A stretch of DNA of 64,000 bases from Klebsormidium nitens. Lineage: Eukaryota; Plantae; Klebsormidiophyceae. Every line of letters starts with the position of its first letter. Within the stretch, counting starts at the first letter, position 1. The notes below the pieces were generated by a model. The model was given only the letters and a program-made list of their open reading frames with translations, was not told the DNA's origin and ran no database searches. The DNA lies in assembly GCA_000708835.1 (NCBI GenBank), contig DF236957.1, positions 310,001-374,000 on the forward strand. Reading direction: 5' to 3'. Position numbers and translations under genes: made by a program. Shown piece by piece: positions 23,890 through 37,285 of this stretch.

Positions 23890-25772
23890 CCCCTTTTAAG
23901 CAGCTGCATATATTCTGGCTTTCTTGAAGCCAGGGGGCGCCAAGTGTTGGTGGAAGCTTCGACTCTTATCAAAGAAGAGCATCTATCAAGCGAAAGCAGT
24001 GACCTTCGATGATTGCTTGTGGACGTCATCCTCACAGTTCCTCTGTCAGGGCAGCTCGTGTGCGTCTTGAGCGTTCAATAAGGTTGTCTTTGATTGAGGC
24101 GTTCAGTTCTTCGGCGAGACCTTTCATAATGTTTTCAAACCCCTAGTATTATGATTAGCCGGGAGCCACGTCTCGGAGAGGAGGACTCGGCGATTGGAAC
24201 GAACGCTCCAAACCCACCTTCAAAGCGCTGTTCTGCTACGGATTGGGAATCCATACAAAGAGCTATCGAACAAAACGCCGCTTTTCGTGCAGTTCCCTCT
24301 GGGAGACTCCCTTCGGACAATATTTCGATCTCGTCACACAGGAGCGAGTGGGAAAAGGAGAAGTGGGGCGCCCAAGGTCGTGCAACGATGCAGCCTGGTC
24401 AGTCTGCTAACGCCTAAATTCGGACCTTCTATCTCCCCGTGAACGTGACGAGATTGTTGTTACCAGAAAAGCGAACTCGGATAGTCTCTCTTGCTTTACC
24501 GTTTGTCTGCCGACTTTGTGCACGATTAATAATTCAAGGTGAAAACACCTTCGGGGAGATAGGGAATGAATATGGAGCCCGAATTAAGGTATCTTGAAAG
24601 CCAGGCATCTTGGAGTGGTTTGTTCCTACGGGTGCTGGTCAAAGTAGGACGCACTTGTTAACATAAACTTAAGTTTGTACATTGCTGGGCTAATGGTGAA
24701 AGTCGGGTCTTTGGCAGGTCGATCTTCACATATGACGGTCTTCAATATAGTCCTCTTAGAATTCCTGGACAGAGGCTGATATGTGATCAGGGGCCGATAG
24801 TAAAGGCCCAGCAATCTGATTCCAGAATTTCCATCTACAGAAAGTCAGGCGGATAACAAGCTCAACCTAGGTGAATGTCCAACTTAAGGTTTCGGTAAGA
24901 CCTCGCTACCACAAAGAGCTTCTTTGAAGGTTGACGTTTTCCATTTTAGCTGGGTCCCGTCTCAAATGACAACGGCGTGTAAGGACTCGAATCTAAAGCA
25001 GAGCGTTCATTGGTACACGCAAAGTCAGAAGCTTCTTATGGGGAAAGGATCGTTCGATTGGTCCGTTTGTTCAAAACCGGACCGACCGCCGCACAGCTTC
25101 TAACTAGGTAGTCAACATGTCTAAGCTTGATGTACAGTCTGCATACATCTGATAAGTAATTTCACGTTGTTGCCGCCGCTGGGGGCTTGTAGTAGCTAGC
25201 GGGGCTGCATGTGCACGGTTGATTGCGCTGGGCACGCAGTCATTGCATGCATCTCGCTCTTTCAGGTTCAGACTGAGGCCAGGACGGTTAAAATGAGCGA
25301 TGACTGCAACGCCTACACTAGCTAGCACCGGCCCGTGCTTCGAATCTAGCTAGCACCGGCCTTCAAATGTAGCTCTAAGCTAATACATATTGTGGATCGA
25401 GTGCACGTCACACATGCAATCCGACGCATCTATATATATACAATTATGTAAGTTTCGATGCTGTCCCTTTACTGAGGGCCAAACCAAACGCACGTGACGG
25501 CGGCGCATGATAATCCGATGTGCCTGTACATGAACGATGAGATCTTGCAAACTTATGTGACATATGAGTTCATATAACGCGCCGGGTATGATTAAGTCGA
25601 TTTGCATTCAAAACTCCAAATGGATCGAAGCTGCAAATTCAGCGGACACGCGGGAGCGCAACATCATAAAGACGTGCACTGTTGCTCCTGCTGAATTTAC
25701 ATGAGGGGTGAGAGTTCATCATCGTCAACATCCTTCCGGATTGAGCTAGCATGCAGCGCATGCATCACAAAA

Positions 25773-26075
25773 CACCCCCCCCCCCGTTTCCGAACGGAAT
25801 CCATGTGGATTTCAAGCCGGTAGACTCACATATGACTGCGTCATGGAAATCTCGACACACTTCTGCACAGAAATGACACAGGTGCCGAGCAGTCCGACTC
25901 CACAAAGATTATATTATAGTGTCAGCACGAAATCGAAGCAAAATGCTCGTATGAAAACCAAGCCGGAAGTGGCATGGAATCTGTGCGTAGAATCCACACA
26001 GAAGCGGCACGAAATCTGTGTGCATCAAATCCAAGCGGAAATCATGCCGAATTAGGGGCTCGAATCCGTGCAGCA
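25773..26075. mobile_element. Non-autonomous DNA-transposon/MITE-like remnant (copy A)
   Basis: Begins C11-GTTTCC with repeated GAATCCA/CATGGAATC motifs. TAGAATCCACACAGAAGCGGCACGAAATCTGTGTGCATCAAATCCA aligns to the reverse complement of 34080-34125. No TSD or second end found. Confidence 0.45.
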
Positions 26076-28399
26076 TCGTCTTGGCATCTTATTGTAGCGC
26101 TTCACCATGGAAACCATGCATACCATTCATTGTATATGTCGCGCTTATTGCTGCAAACAGAGCCGGTCCCACGAGGCAATTGTTCGCATCACATGGCCCT
26201 GCAAGCTTGGCGCATTGCTACAATAAGCTCAACCAATATCACATGCTTGTGAATGAAGTACCTTGAAGCTCGCAGACACCCGTTCCAATCTCGGTGCTCT
26301 ATATTATTGCAATCAGATCCACACTTTCGTACCTGAGTTGGTCTCAAGAGCGGTGGTCGTCAAGTTTATTCAAAGCAACGCTTGTCGTTTAGCAGGCGGC
26401 GGGCACTTGTCACTACCTAAAACAAACAGCGAAATAAGCAGAAGCAACACGATTGAGCCGCGCACTTTGTTGGCGGCTGAGCTTGTTTGTCGCAACCCGA
26501 GATGTTGACCTGCAGTCAAGAGCTCTTGTCAGACTTGGGTCAACCAGAATGGCTGAGTAACAACTTCGTACAACAAGTCCAGTACCTTCGAGAGTTTGGG
26601 ATACAAAGACCGGACTTCGAAGCAAATGTCTTGAAATTCCTTGCAAGCTCACCTCGTGGAAGAGGTAGCCGAGGGAAGAGAACCGCCAGTGTTGGCACAC
26701 CTCAGACGAAGTGGCCAGAAACCTGAATGGCAATAGAAGGAAGACGAAGGTAAGGGCTCACGAGGTTCAACCTCTATCTTTAGAGATCCCCGTTGGTTCA
26801 AAATTAGCTAGTGACGGGAGCAGTTTGCAGCATTTGAAGAGCAGCGGGACTCTTTGGTCGCCCCTTTCACGGCAAAACACTCGCAACGGTAACCCTGCTG
26901 GTTGCTATTTCATACGTCCAATTTTCCGTCATCTGATTGGGGCCGGCCAAAGAGGGGATATCCTGGTAGTAGATGCTTCAAATTGTAGCCTTCGAAGGTC
27001 TCGAAGTCCCAGCCTAGACGGGGCTGAACCCACCTTCAGATGGGGCGTGCACGGCTGCAGTACGGACGCAGGGCGAGCAGGCAGCAGTAGTTGGGCAGTA
27101 GTGTGGAGCAGCCCCTTCGCCCACCACAGCAGCATGAAGCACCGCCCCGGGGGGCCCGATTGAGCAGTCCGCCCCGCCTGGTGCATGCACGACTGCAAGA
27201 GATTGCGTTCAAAACACAAGATTAGACACAGGCAGATCTGTAGGTAAATTTTGACGCCACTTTCTAATTGAAGACTTTTGCACGGCAGGAAAGGCTGCTC
27301 AGAATGACCAGACTGCAGCCTTAAATAGAATGCTAGGACGGAAGAAAATCACCCCGTGGCAATGCATACATCGAGAGTCAGGGGACGTTCACAACTGTTC
27401 TGCCAAGACGGTGTTCCTGACCGACTTTGGACCAGACCAAAATGCAGCATGCATATCAACCGGTGTCTTTGCGAAAGGATAATTCAGTACTGGCAGGGGT
27501 CAGATGCAGCCAGCGCGCACCTTGCCAATGAGGGCGCGCAGAACAGGAGATGTCTCAACGCTGTCGACGGACCATCCGTTGCTCAACACCAGCATGTCCA
27601 CCCCCCGAGCCGAAAGGCCTCCAGCATGGCACTACGCACGCTCACTGGCATGCCCTTGTACTCCCCGGTCGCAGAATGAGACCCCTCAAATGCCTGCTCG
27701 AAAGAAAAGAGTGTTGGGAAGTGTAGACATCGGTGCGTCTAAATTTGACTTTCAAGAGGTGCCGAAGGGCGATCAGTGCTGTATCCTCAGGACTTCGCCA
27801 AAAAGGGCCGAGCTGCAGAGGGACATTGGCTCACAAGAGTGCCGATGAGAGGTTTTACTACAGCTATTGTAGTCCGCCAGAGTCCGAAACCAGCTCCTGA
27901 CTACCATCTTTATATATAGGCAGGGAAGACACGCACTTGTTAGGCTGCAACAGACAAAGAAAAGTTCGAATAGACCGATGTGAACCTGGTTTCACCAATT
28001 GGGCACAATACCACCAAAAGAGTTGAGCCAAGTGTAGTTGCACCTAACCTTCATTTGCACGCGAAAAGGAAGCGATTGACGAAGAAGATCTCAGGGAGGT
28101 CGTTCCTCGGGACCACATGCACAGCAGGGCGGAGCGGATTGCCCCCAGGCACGCTTCTGGGCCAAATCGAAGGGCCACATTCACACTCGCTTGACAAAGT
28201 TCGCTCACAACATCTCGGAGCTCACCACATCGCGCACGTGGAGTAGGATGGATCAGGGGTCGCCTTCTTTAGATACGTCGGTGGTCGTCCATCCCTGCAG
28301 TGAGCGTAATGAATGCTCAGCACCACGATGCGGCCAGGAGGGCAAGCATGGGAATCTACCTGATCCATCAGAGATGTCTTTCGCCGCAGCTCCCATCCA

Positions 28400-30500
28400 T
28401 TGTGTGGTCAATAATGGCCCTTGTAACAAGCTTCAGGCTTGAGTCTTGATTGACCTAACATATCCTGCGCATTGCTTCACACCAACTGACATCACCGAAT
28501 CTTCCAACTCTAAATCTGAATCTGACGTAGCAGATGTTTGAGACAAGCTTTCATTCAGCTTCAGCAAGTACAACACAACTGCAAGATCAAGAGCATCGGG
28601 CGCCATCTATCCATTGAACATGAATAGCTCAGAAAAGGCATATACGAATGAGCATCTTTCCAAGCCAAACCCTTTGTAAGCAGAACTCAGTTGCGCTGCC
28701 TGATTTGAAGTTCGCGAAGCAGCCTGATCAAACTGGCCAGACATCAAAAAGTGCCAGAAGGTGTCTCGCTTTCACAAGCAAATCTGGTAGAATGAAAGCA
28801 ATCTTTTCAAATGAGAAAAGCCTTGTAGACAAATACTTGTCCCGTGGAAAGTGTTCAATGCGTTCACTAAAGAATTTGAAGGTCCTGATGCTAGAAAGTT
28901 GCTGTGTGACCTGCCAAGTATCACCGGATCCAGAGATCTGGTGCTTTACGATCTCAAGGGTTGCTAACCTGCAAATATCCCTGCAACCAGAGTCAACAAG
29001 GTCAAGAGGTTGCTACTCACATCATCCTGGCTGAAGAGCACCTTCTCTTCATTTTCCTGGTGTCCTGGGGCGAGCGCACCTTCATTTCGGACATGTCAAA
29101 GTCTCTGAAATACAGCAGATCAATGAGGCATTCAGTTTGTTCTTGCGAAATGAGGACTTGTTCCTGCAATCTGCTGGGCTCGGCGTACCCCACAGGATTG
29201 AGGAAATAGCTGCCGCGAGCGGCAAATGATTGTTCTCTCTTGCCAGCCCCTTCATCATCTTCTCACTCGCCGTCATCATGCCAAGATGGACTAGCTGGTA
29301 GCCCTTCCTGGGCTTCTTTTTCTACTCTGTCAGCTGGCAGCTCAACTCTTTGCTGGTCTGCATCTGCAAATGCTTGCTCGTCCTTCTTCAAATCAGCACT
29401 ACTACTAGTGGCATTGGCTGCAACTTGGTCAACCTCGGCGGCACCTAATCTCTGCTTCTTGTTGACTGCTCAGAAAGGGATTGGCTTGAACATCCATCCC
29501 TCCAGCCAGACGACCTCTTGTGGGATCCCGTGCAGCTGGGGCTTTGAGGTGATACTGGTGGCAGGTATTGCACTCAGAAGGTCAGAAGGCATCTCGCACT
29601 GCCTGCAGAAATTGGCGGCAGCATCCGCTGTTATTCCGTAAATGCACAAGTTGGAAACCCTTCTTGAGAACAAAGGAGGCAAGCCCGGAGGCAGCCAATG
29701 CATAGTGCAGCCACACCATTGTGGCAAGGGAAGAACCGGCTGCTGCTGCTTGCTATCGCCTCGATCTGCTCAAGCTTTTAACCTACTTTATAAGTTTCAG
29801 TCTCCAGAGATCTGCATATTGCGTGAGTAATCATGCATATTCATGCATAGAAAGTTGCAGATCGGTCATCAATTATCAATGATTCGAGGATACCTAAAAC
29901 CGGCCCTCGTACCTATATGGCTGGAGTGTCAGGTCCTTCCAGACATGCATTCGGTTGTCATCAACACGAGAGTTTGACACCACTTTAGCATTTTCGCCTG
30001 GCTTGATGTCTTCGTCGATCAAATTTGGCGATATGACAAGCAAAGAAAAGGAGGCTCTCCAGCTCCCCTTGAGCACTTCTATACGGTGGAATGTGCTGCA
30101 AGTGACGTTGACGGCATTGTGCACTCACGAGTCATGGTGCATTGTGGGTGCATTGTGCAGCAGCTTTGTGCTACACAACTTGACTAGGGGATGAGGATCT
30201 GGGTCCTTCCGCTGCATAAAGGTGCACGTGAGCTGTTGCTGGTGCATGAATGCCATTGCTCTAGAAGGGGCTGCTTTGAAAGCTTTTCTTACATCAGAAG
30301 CTTTGGAAACGCTTTGCACGGATGAGAGTGCCGTGCTCTGGGGTCGAGTCAAGCTGCAAGTGCTGCAGTTGGTTGCAAAAATGCTTGTAAAAGCATGGTG
30401 AAGGTGTTGTGACGCTATTTTAGCCGGATTCTCTGAAGAGAGAGAAGATGAAGCAGAATTTGGAGACTTTGAGGGCAAACCAGCCTCGAGTGGAAGCAAA
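28400..30500 (-). mobile_element. Degenerate transposase-like relic, possibly hAT
   Basis: One minus frame from 29727 to ~29020 has only 2 internal stops and contains GITADAAAN (resembles the hAT T-D-N-A-x-N motif) and an acidic stretch. Further stop-poor frames lie at 28400-28900 and 30125-30499. Family call is weak. Confidence 0.3.
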
Positions 30501-31956
30501 GGGGCAAAAAGGATTCTACGGAAGCCTCCACTCTCAGGAAGCGACTTATTCGCTCCTAGAGGCCTTTGAGGCTTCAGTCAATATGTCAAACACGTTGGAC
30601 CAGATCCGCTCCAAGCTTCAAGCTCCATTCCCAAAACCTCCATCAAACCCTCCAGTAGGAGGTCCAATCTCGGTCATGAGTCCAACGCCAGAGGCCAACC
30701 AGGACAGGCTACAGCTTCGGATCATGAAGCCATCAGAATGCAAACCAAGGTGAGCACATGAAGCGGTAAAAAAAAACTTAATTTAGCTGCTTTTCTCTCT
30801 CCTCCTCTCCTTCAAGAGATCCTTATATGAGCAGAGACTTGAAGGAGAAGTTGAAGGTGTTGAATTGGCTGCTGAGGACGATGTAGGAAAGAATGATGAG
30901 GTGAAACTAATGTGATCGCACTGGCCTGAAACCTTCTACTTTAAGATGCGCTCTACGGCATCATGTCCTTTTAATTCGCGTGAAGGCTACCATTTGTCCA
31001 ATGAATTGTGAAGTGGTCGCCGTTCATTTCTTGATCATGATGAAATGAAATCTTCTGAGTACTCTCTTGCTGTAAGAATCCTTTTAGTTCTAGTAGACAC
31101 TTTTGAAACTTGTAAGGGACCATGTTATTCCTTCGTATCCGCCATGATTTAAAGAAATCAGATTGACAATCTGAGTCAGATGCAGTTTTGAATTCAATGA
31201 GTGTTCAGGCTTGATCGAGGCCTGGACACTTTGCGTTCACATTTGATCATTAAGTTCTGGCCTTGCTCGAGCCGTGCTCGACCTTTGGTTGGACAACACA
31301 ACGGTGATATTGTAACCAATCTCTACTTTTGTAGAGGGTTATTGCTCACCTCTTTTTTAGTTTGGAAGATACATGCAAGCAAGGACTCACATCAATAGCA
31401 ATGAGATGACCTGTTTGCTTGGGGAAGTCGTGAAGCTCTGCTATCTATTCTGACTTGAAAGTGCGGCCCTGCAGAAAGGCACCAAGAATGTGATCACGGC
31501 TTTTTTCTGTGGCGACCAGTTCTGGAGCAACATGTATCTAGAGATTAACAGTGTTCCTCGCTGTGCTAAAGCCGGGACAGCGCAGTGATGTAAGGCGGTC
31601 CACAGACCACTGGCGCGGTGATTTTGGTCAGGATGTGATGACAAACTTCGAAGACAGACGCTCCAAACTTGGTGGCAAGTTCAGACTTTCTCTGCGCGAC
31701 ACCCCTAAGACTTAGTGCTTTAGCCCTCTTTGCTGATCCAGAGGAGACGGCTGCTTAGCACAAAGCCAAGGAGCTCAATATCTGATTCACGCAAAGTTAG
31801 AGCAACTTAGATATTATTTATAACAAAACTCCCTGGAAGACTAGGTAATCGTCTTTCAGCGGGTCCAACTGCTGTAGTTGCTGGAAACGTGTGTTGTCTA
31901 CATTGAGTCTAATCGGCCTCATATCTCCTTTCACGTTGCCGCTTTCTGAAAACAGG

Positions 31957-32988
31957 TTTCTCGTGGTTGGGCGGACCAAACCGGGATGAAGTTTCGGGCG
32001 AGCTTGCCCTCAACGAGGACGACATGCAGGAGACCTTAAAGGGCAAGTACAACCGTCTAGCTTTCAAGATGGTAATGGGCGGCGCTTACGCCTGGAGCCT
32101 ATGCGCGCTTGTTCCGACGTACTCGCGTACTACGTCCGGGTGGTGAGCTTGGCCCCCTTCAAAACGAGACTTGGGAGAAATGTTGGTGTTCTTGTGTCCT
32201 TTAGTGCTGCTCTGAAGATTGCCGTATAGGAAATAGCAAACTGTTTTGCGCTTACCTTTGTGCACTCTGTATCCAGATGCATGATGACACGCAGCAGAGT
32301 GGTGATACTTTCTTCGCTCATGACCATCGAAAGGCACACAGATTAGATTCCTAAAAGGCCTTCAAATTGTCTTAAAGCTCCCCTTCTTCTCGAAAGATGA
32401 AGTTAGCATCTTCTATGATGATCAAGCTGGCTAAAAACTAGATCAAATCAACCGTCTGATGTTGCATTTGTGCCGTTGTAAATTGATCAAAGCCAACTCC
32501 AAGGACACCCGAGAGGACGTTGATCAACGTCAAGAGCCCAAACAAGCTCGTTTTGTTTACACCATAGATTGTTTCTTACTGTCCAGTCGATGCTTGAAGT
32601 GACTTCATGTGACGCCTCCGGGAAGAAAGCTGGCAAAGTTTTTTTGTATTACGCGAAAGGAGCCAGCCGGATCTCAGCGTGGGTCAGTTTCTCGGTCTTT
32701 TCGTAAAAATTTCCATGGTGGACTCATCGTCATGCTTCTATGCAGGGGGAGCTTTACTGGCCGGGCCAGAAAATGAGCTCGACCAACGTGGGCCGCGACC
32801 GAGAGGTGCAGCGCACGTACGAGCAGAGCCTCATCGAACACAAGAGCAACCACGGCCTTAACTACGCCCAACTCGTGAAAAAGCGGTCCTTCCCCAAAGA
32901 CCTAGATACGGCCCCGAGCTCGGATAAGGCTGGGAGGACGCGAGCACGAGAGCAGCGAGGGCGGCAGCGACAGCAAACCGAGGACTGA
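31957..32988 (+). other. Possible exon remnants of an unidentified gene
   Basis: GC-rich exon-like blocks bounded by ACAG| (31956), |GTGAGC (32143) and TGCAG|GGGGAGCTTTACTGG (GELYWPGQK...). The first block has a stop in the frame that would splice to the second. Confidence 0.22.
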
Positions 32989-33859
32989 CAGCATGTGTAA
33001 GTACTTCGCTGCTTTTTCAGTGCTCAATGCCACTTGAGACTAGGTTCCGAATCGGCTTTTATCTGTGGTGTTTTACCACCCTTCGGGCTGCCCCTTAATG
33101 CTAGAGCGTGCCCCCGTAACCACACCGGTCGTCCACTTTTGACTGATTCACTTCGGCCCGCTCTTCTTCCCTTTATTCGTTCTGATCCAGGCCTTGTTGC
33201 GAGCTTGGGTACGAAGGTCGGTGGAGCGTGCTGAGCTGTTTGAAAGTCGTCGACTTGGCCCAATCAAGCCGGATCTGCAACGTAATTTCTGGTTGTGGTC
33301 GCCAGAACCAATCTACAAACGCGTGCAGCTGTCCTCTGTTTCAACCAAAAATTTGGGCGCATATACGATTCCAAAGCTGGTTCAATGATTTATCATGTTC
33401 CTTCTTTCGCAGCCTGTTCAGCGGCCAATAACGCAAACGGCGGAGGAGTCTTTCGAGGCTCTTTCCTTTCCCTAATGAACAAGCTTACCAAGTTCTGCTT
33501 TTGACTGGCAGGATGAGTGGTCAATCATTGACCTGCCTGTGCAAGCAGAGGGACTACTTCGGATGGTCTCCGGTTAAAAATTAGGGTCGGTTTACGTTGC
33601 GAAATTGGCACGCCATAAGACCGGTTCTGCTTGAGGATGGTAAGGCTTGGATAGCTCGAGAAGGCTTAGGTTTTGGCTTGTGCAGCATTGAGCAGTCCCG
33701 TTGCCATCAGGTTCGAGGGTCCGGGCAGAGACTACCGGCCGTCCGACAAACCTCTTGTGCAAATTCAGCACGCCAGCTTGGTTTGGCGACTGATACTTTG
33801 ACACTCAGACGGAACTTCGTTCTGGTGACATGCATGCTGGCCGTCAGTCCAAGAGGATT

Positions 33860-34248
33860 CACAATATTATTTGAGCACAATTAATTGCTGGCGCTTGAAG
33901 CATATGCACCGTAGGTATATGTATGCATCCTCGGCTGTGTGGCATGAGTCGAACCGCATATATGCATATCGGTCCCAGCAAGGCGGAGAAAGTTGCAGCA
34001 TAGGGTCCGTACAACTTCTGCATGGAATCCACATGGTTTCTAGGCGCCTCGAATCTGTACGAAGATCGTATGGATTTTGAATGCACAGAAATCAAGCCGT
34101 TTCTACATGGATTCTATTTCAAATTTCGGCATGGAATCGGTACAGAATCGAGACGCCCTAATTCCGGATGGAAGCTGTACGAGAGTTTAGCCGGAATCCA
34201 ACTGCTTGAGTGTCATACGAACCGCGCATGGAAACGGAGGGGGGGCTG
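33860..34248. mobile_element. Non-autonomous DNA-transposon/MITE-like remnant (copy B, opposite orientation)
   Basis: Ends GGAAACGGAGGGGGGG, a near reverse complement of the C-run-GTTTCC end of copy A. Shares CCATGTGGATT, GAATTAGGG and TAGAATCCA motifs with 25773-26075. Confidence 0.45.
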
Positions 34249-34561
34249 ATTTGTGATGATTGTCCGCGGCAGCGTGTTGGAAGCTGCGATTGGATACTTC
34301 ATTGACGGCACGCTTCCATTACAGAGGTTCCCATATCGTCAGGTACCAATAAAAGAAGCCTGGAACTTCCGCCAACTCATCATACTTTGAAACAAACACA
34401 ACGCTGTCACAAGTGCCTATAGTTCGGGGCTTTATTTCTAGCAACTCTTCGGGGAACGCCTCCTAGCTTCGACGAGAACAGCCCCACCGCTTATTCGAGT
34501 CTCAAAAATCACACCTCAACCGTCCTACTGTACAAAAGCTTACACACCCGTACAAGCACTG

Positions 34562-37285
34562 CTACGAGTGTGAATGCGCGCCCGGCTCAATGTGCAGTAA
34601 ATGTTCTCGGAGCCACTCCTTCATGACCTCAAACGCGTCGTCCGCATCCGCATCGTCCTCGAACTTCGGATGGTGGGCAAACGCGTGCTTCCGCCCCTCA
34701 TAAATCTTTACTTTACTCTGCGCCCGCCCCCGCCCCTTCTTCAGACTCCGCTCCACGTCCCTCACAAAGTCGACCGGAACCAGCGGATCCGAGTCGCCCG
34801 CAATCAGCAGCAGCGGCACCTTCACTTTCTCCCCCAGTTTCGCGTCGTACCGCGTGCCGTAAAACGACACCCCCGCGCTGTATTTGCCCTCCGTATCCGC
34901 TGCTAGTTGCTCCACAACGCGGCCGCCGCCAAAGCAGAAGCCCACCAACGCAATCCGCCCTTCCCCTCGAAGCCCAGCCCCGTGTTCTGCCAGTTCCGCC
35001 GCGAGAAACTGGTGCGCGAGCGCGATGTCGGAGGCAACGCGCTCCGGGTCGTGCTGCTCGCGCCAGCTGTCGTAGCCGGACATGTCGCGGCCCTCTTCCC
35101 ACGGCTTGCCCCGGAACAAATCTGCAGAGGAAAGCAAGTGCGCATGTGAGAAACAAACTCCGAGAAAATGGACCGACGGATGCCGTGGAATCTTCACGTT
35201 TCACAAACCGCTTCCTATTTATGATGCTGTGGCCCTCTTCCCACGACTGGCCCCGGCACAGGTCTGCAAAATTTAAGCAAGTGCACAGGTAAGAAACCAA
35301 ATTCGAGAGGATCGGATCGACAGATGGCGTAGAATCTTCCCTACTCATAATCTTCTTGATGCGTGTTTGGAATGCTGTGGCCCTCTTCCCACGACTAGCC
35401 CCGGAACAGGTCGGAACAAAGAAAGCAAGTGCGCAGATGAGACACGATTCCAAGAAATAGATCGACAGATGACGTAGAGTTGTCACAAATAGTCATCTGC
35501 TTGCTTCGTGCTCAGCTTGTTGCTGCCCTCCTCCCACAGCTTGCCCAGACAAAATCTGCGAGGAACGGAGTAGTTTAAGAATGATTCACAAGAGGAACAA
35601 ATCTACCAATCTAATTATGTTCGTCGTTCAATCTGAAGGAGTCGATTCTTTCCTCAAATCCATCAGATTTGAAATCAACCACGTTGCCGCCCACTTCCAA
35701 CGGGTGTCCCCGGAGAGAGTCTGCAGCATAGACGGAATGCTAAGAAGAGAAACTCAGGAAGAAAAAGTAACGGGCAAAGTGGGTCCAAGTCGTCGAACGC
35801 GACATCTTCTCGTGACTGGTTTTCGACAGCTGTCATATCGGACTGTCGCGGCCATTCTTCCAGGACGGGGCCCAAGAACAACTCCGCAAAGCAGTGAAGC
35901 TCTGCGAAAGATGAAGTTCTACTTCGAACTCGCAGAGTCCGAGTAGGATCGACAGTCCAACTCGACCACGACATCAGACAGAAAGCAAGTCGAAATGTAC
36001 GCGTGGCTACGTTACTCCGCTTGCAGAATAGTAACTGCAAGATTCCAAAAGGAGATGCCGATGGGAAGCAAGCCTTATGCTGCTTTTAGGGAACGCATTG
36101 AGAACCCCATTCGAAACACCCACGAAAGCCACACGCGTAGAATATTCCAGCTCGGTCGCTTTTTAAACTCAATTCGTCCAGAGACAGTATTCAAAGAGAA
36201 GCAAGCTGATGATTGGCGCAAGCCCCTTTGAACTACGCCCCTCTGGTACAAGTTCGTGGAAGCTGCTGAGGCGGCATCTGAGCTTGCCGTCCCGAACGCT
36301 GGATCGAAAGAGAGAGAGGATCCAATGAGGGGTCCAATTTCGTTCTTTCGTTCTCTGAAATTCATGTAATCAAAAGAGCCCATCTCTTATCATGCTCTCG
36401 CTTATTGCTCGGCCCTTAAATCACTATCCTCCTCGGATGATATGTCAAAATATTAATGTAAGCCGCAAGCACAAAAATATTCGCGCCTGCTGCCCGGATG
36501 GACCCAAGAAGCACCGCCTTAGCAAGACGACCTCGTATTTGCAGGCAAAGGACGAGAAGCCACAAGCGCCGCACCCCGTTCAAACACGTCGTTCTAGAGC
36601 ATGTGCTTCGTAAGCAGGTCACCTCCGACGATATTGTTCTCTCCACTATCCCTCTCACAATTGAGTGATCAGTATAGACGAAACAAGTTAGTTTTAAGCC
36701 AACGAATGGATATAAGTTGAGATAAGGAAGTATATTATCTTCGACTGTAACTTAGGGGAACCTGGCTTAAAGACGCCGTACCTGAGCCATCCTGATCCGG
36801 CGGTCTTTCAACACATGTTCGAAACACCGTACATTGCAGAGATTGAGCAAGCCGCCAGCTATCACCTAGCACAGATACGCTGTGCGAACATGGTGTTCGA
36901 ACCACTCTAATTCATCACCAAATCAATCAAAAAGCCCAGAGAAAGTCAGAATAGAGCCCCTTACCTGGCACAAACACGTTGTAGCCAAAGCACGCCAGCC
37001 GGAATGCATAGTCCCGTGTATCTTCATTCCCAATCCCCAGGATATCCGTCAGCAGCAGCACGCCGCTCCCGTTGTTGTTCTTCACCGCCTTTGCAAAGTA
37101 GGCTTCTACCGGCTCCTGCGCTCCCCCCCCCTCAATGTCCATTTCTACCTCGTTCCCCAGAACGAGCTCGCATACGTCGACGCTGTCATACGGGTCGTCT
37201 TGCTCCTGCTCTTCGACGCTGGGGGGCGAGGATGTGCTTGCTCGCAGGGCGGAAGAATGTCGGTGAGGTTTCGGTTGGGGGACAT
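34562..37285 (-). CDS. Dienelactone hydrolase / carboxymethylenebutenolidase-family alpha/beta hydrolase (5' exon(s) not resolved)
   Basis: Exons 37285-36965 and 35121-34562 join in phase. AVKNNNGSGVLLLTDILG...DYAFRLACFGYNVFVPDLFRGKPW resembles the plant DLH-family protein; nucleophile elbow GFCFGG, GDSDP acid, KHAFAH histidine. CTAAC branch point precedes the 37285 acceptor. Confidence 0.92.
35085..35560 (-). repeat. ~145-nt tandem array spanning the last DLH acceptor (3 extra copies)
   Basis: Unit = exon start (GATTTGTTCCGGGGCAAGCCGTGGGAAGAGGGC) plus intron end (CACTTGCTT). Equivalent positions at 35121, 35263, 35411, 35555. Confidence 0.9.

Noticed and set aside
26263-28442. Several 80-150 aa plus-strand ORFs
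   Set aside because: Frames switch, with no motifs or splice-consistent model; they may be TE-internal debris.
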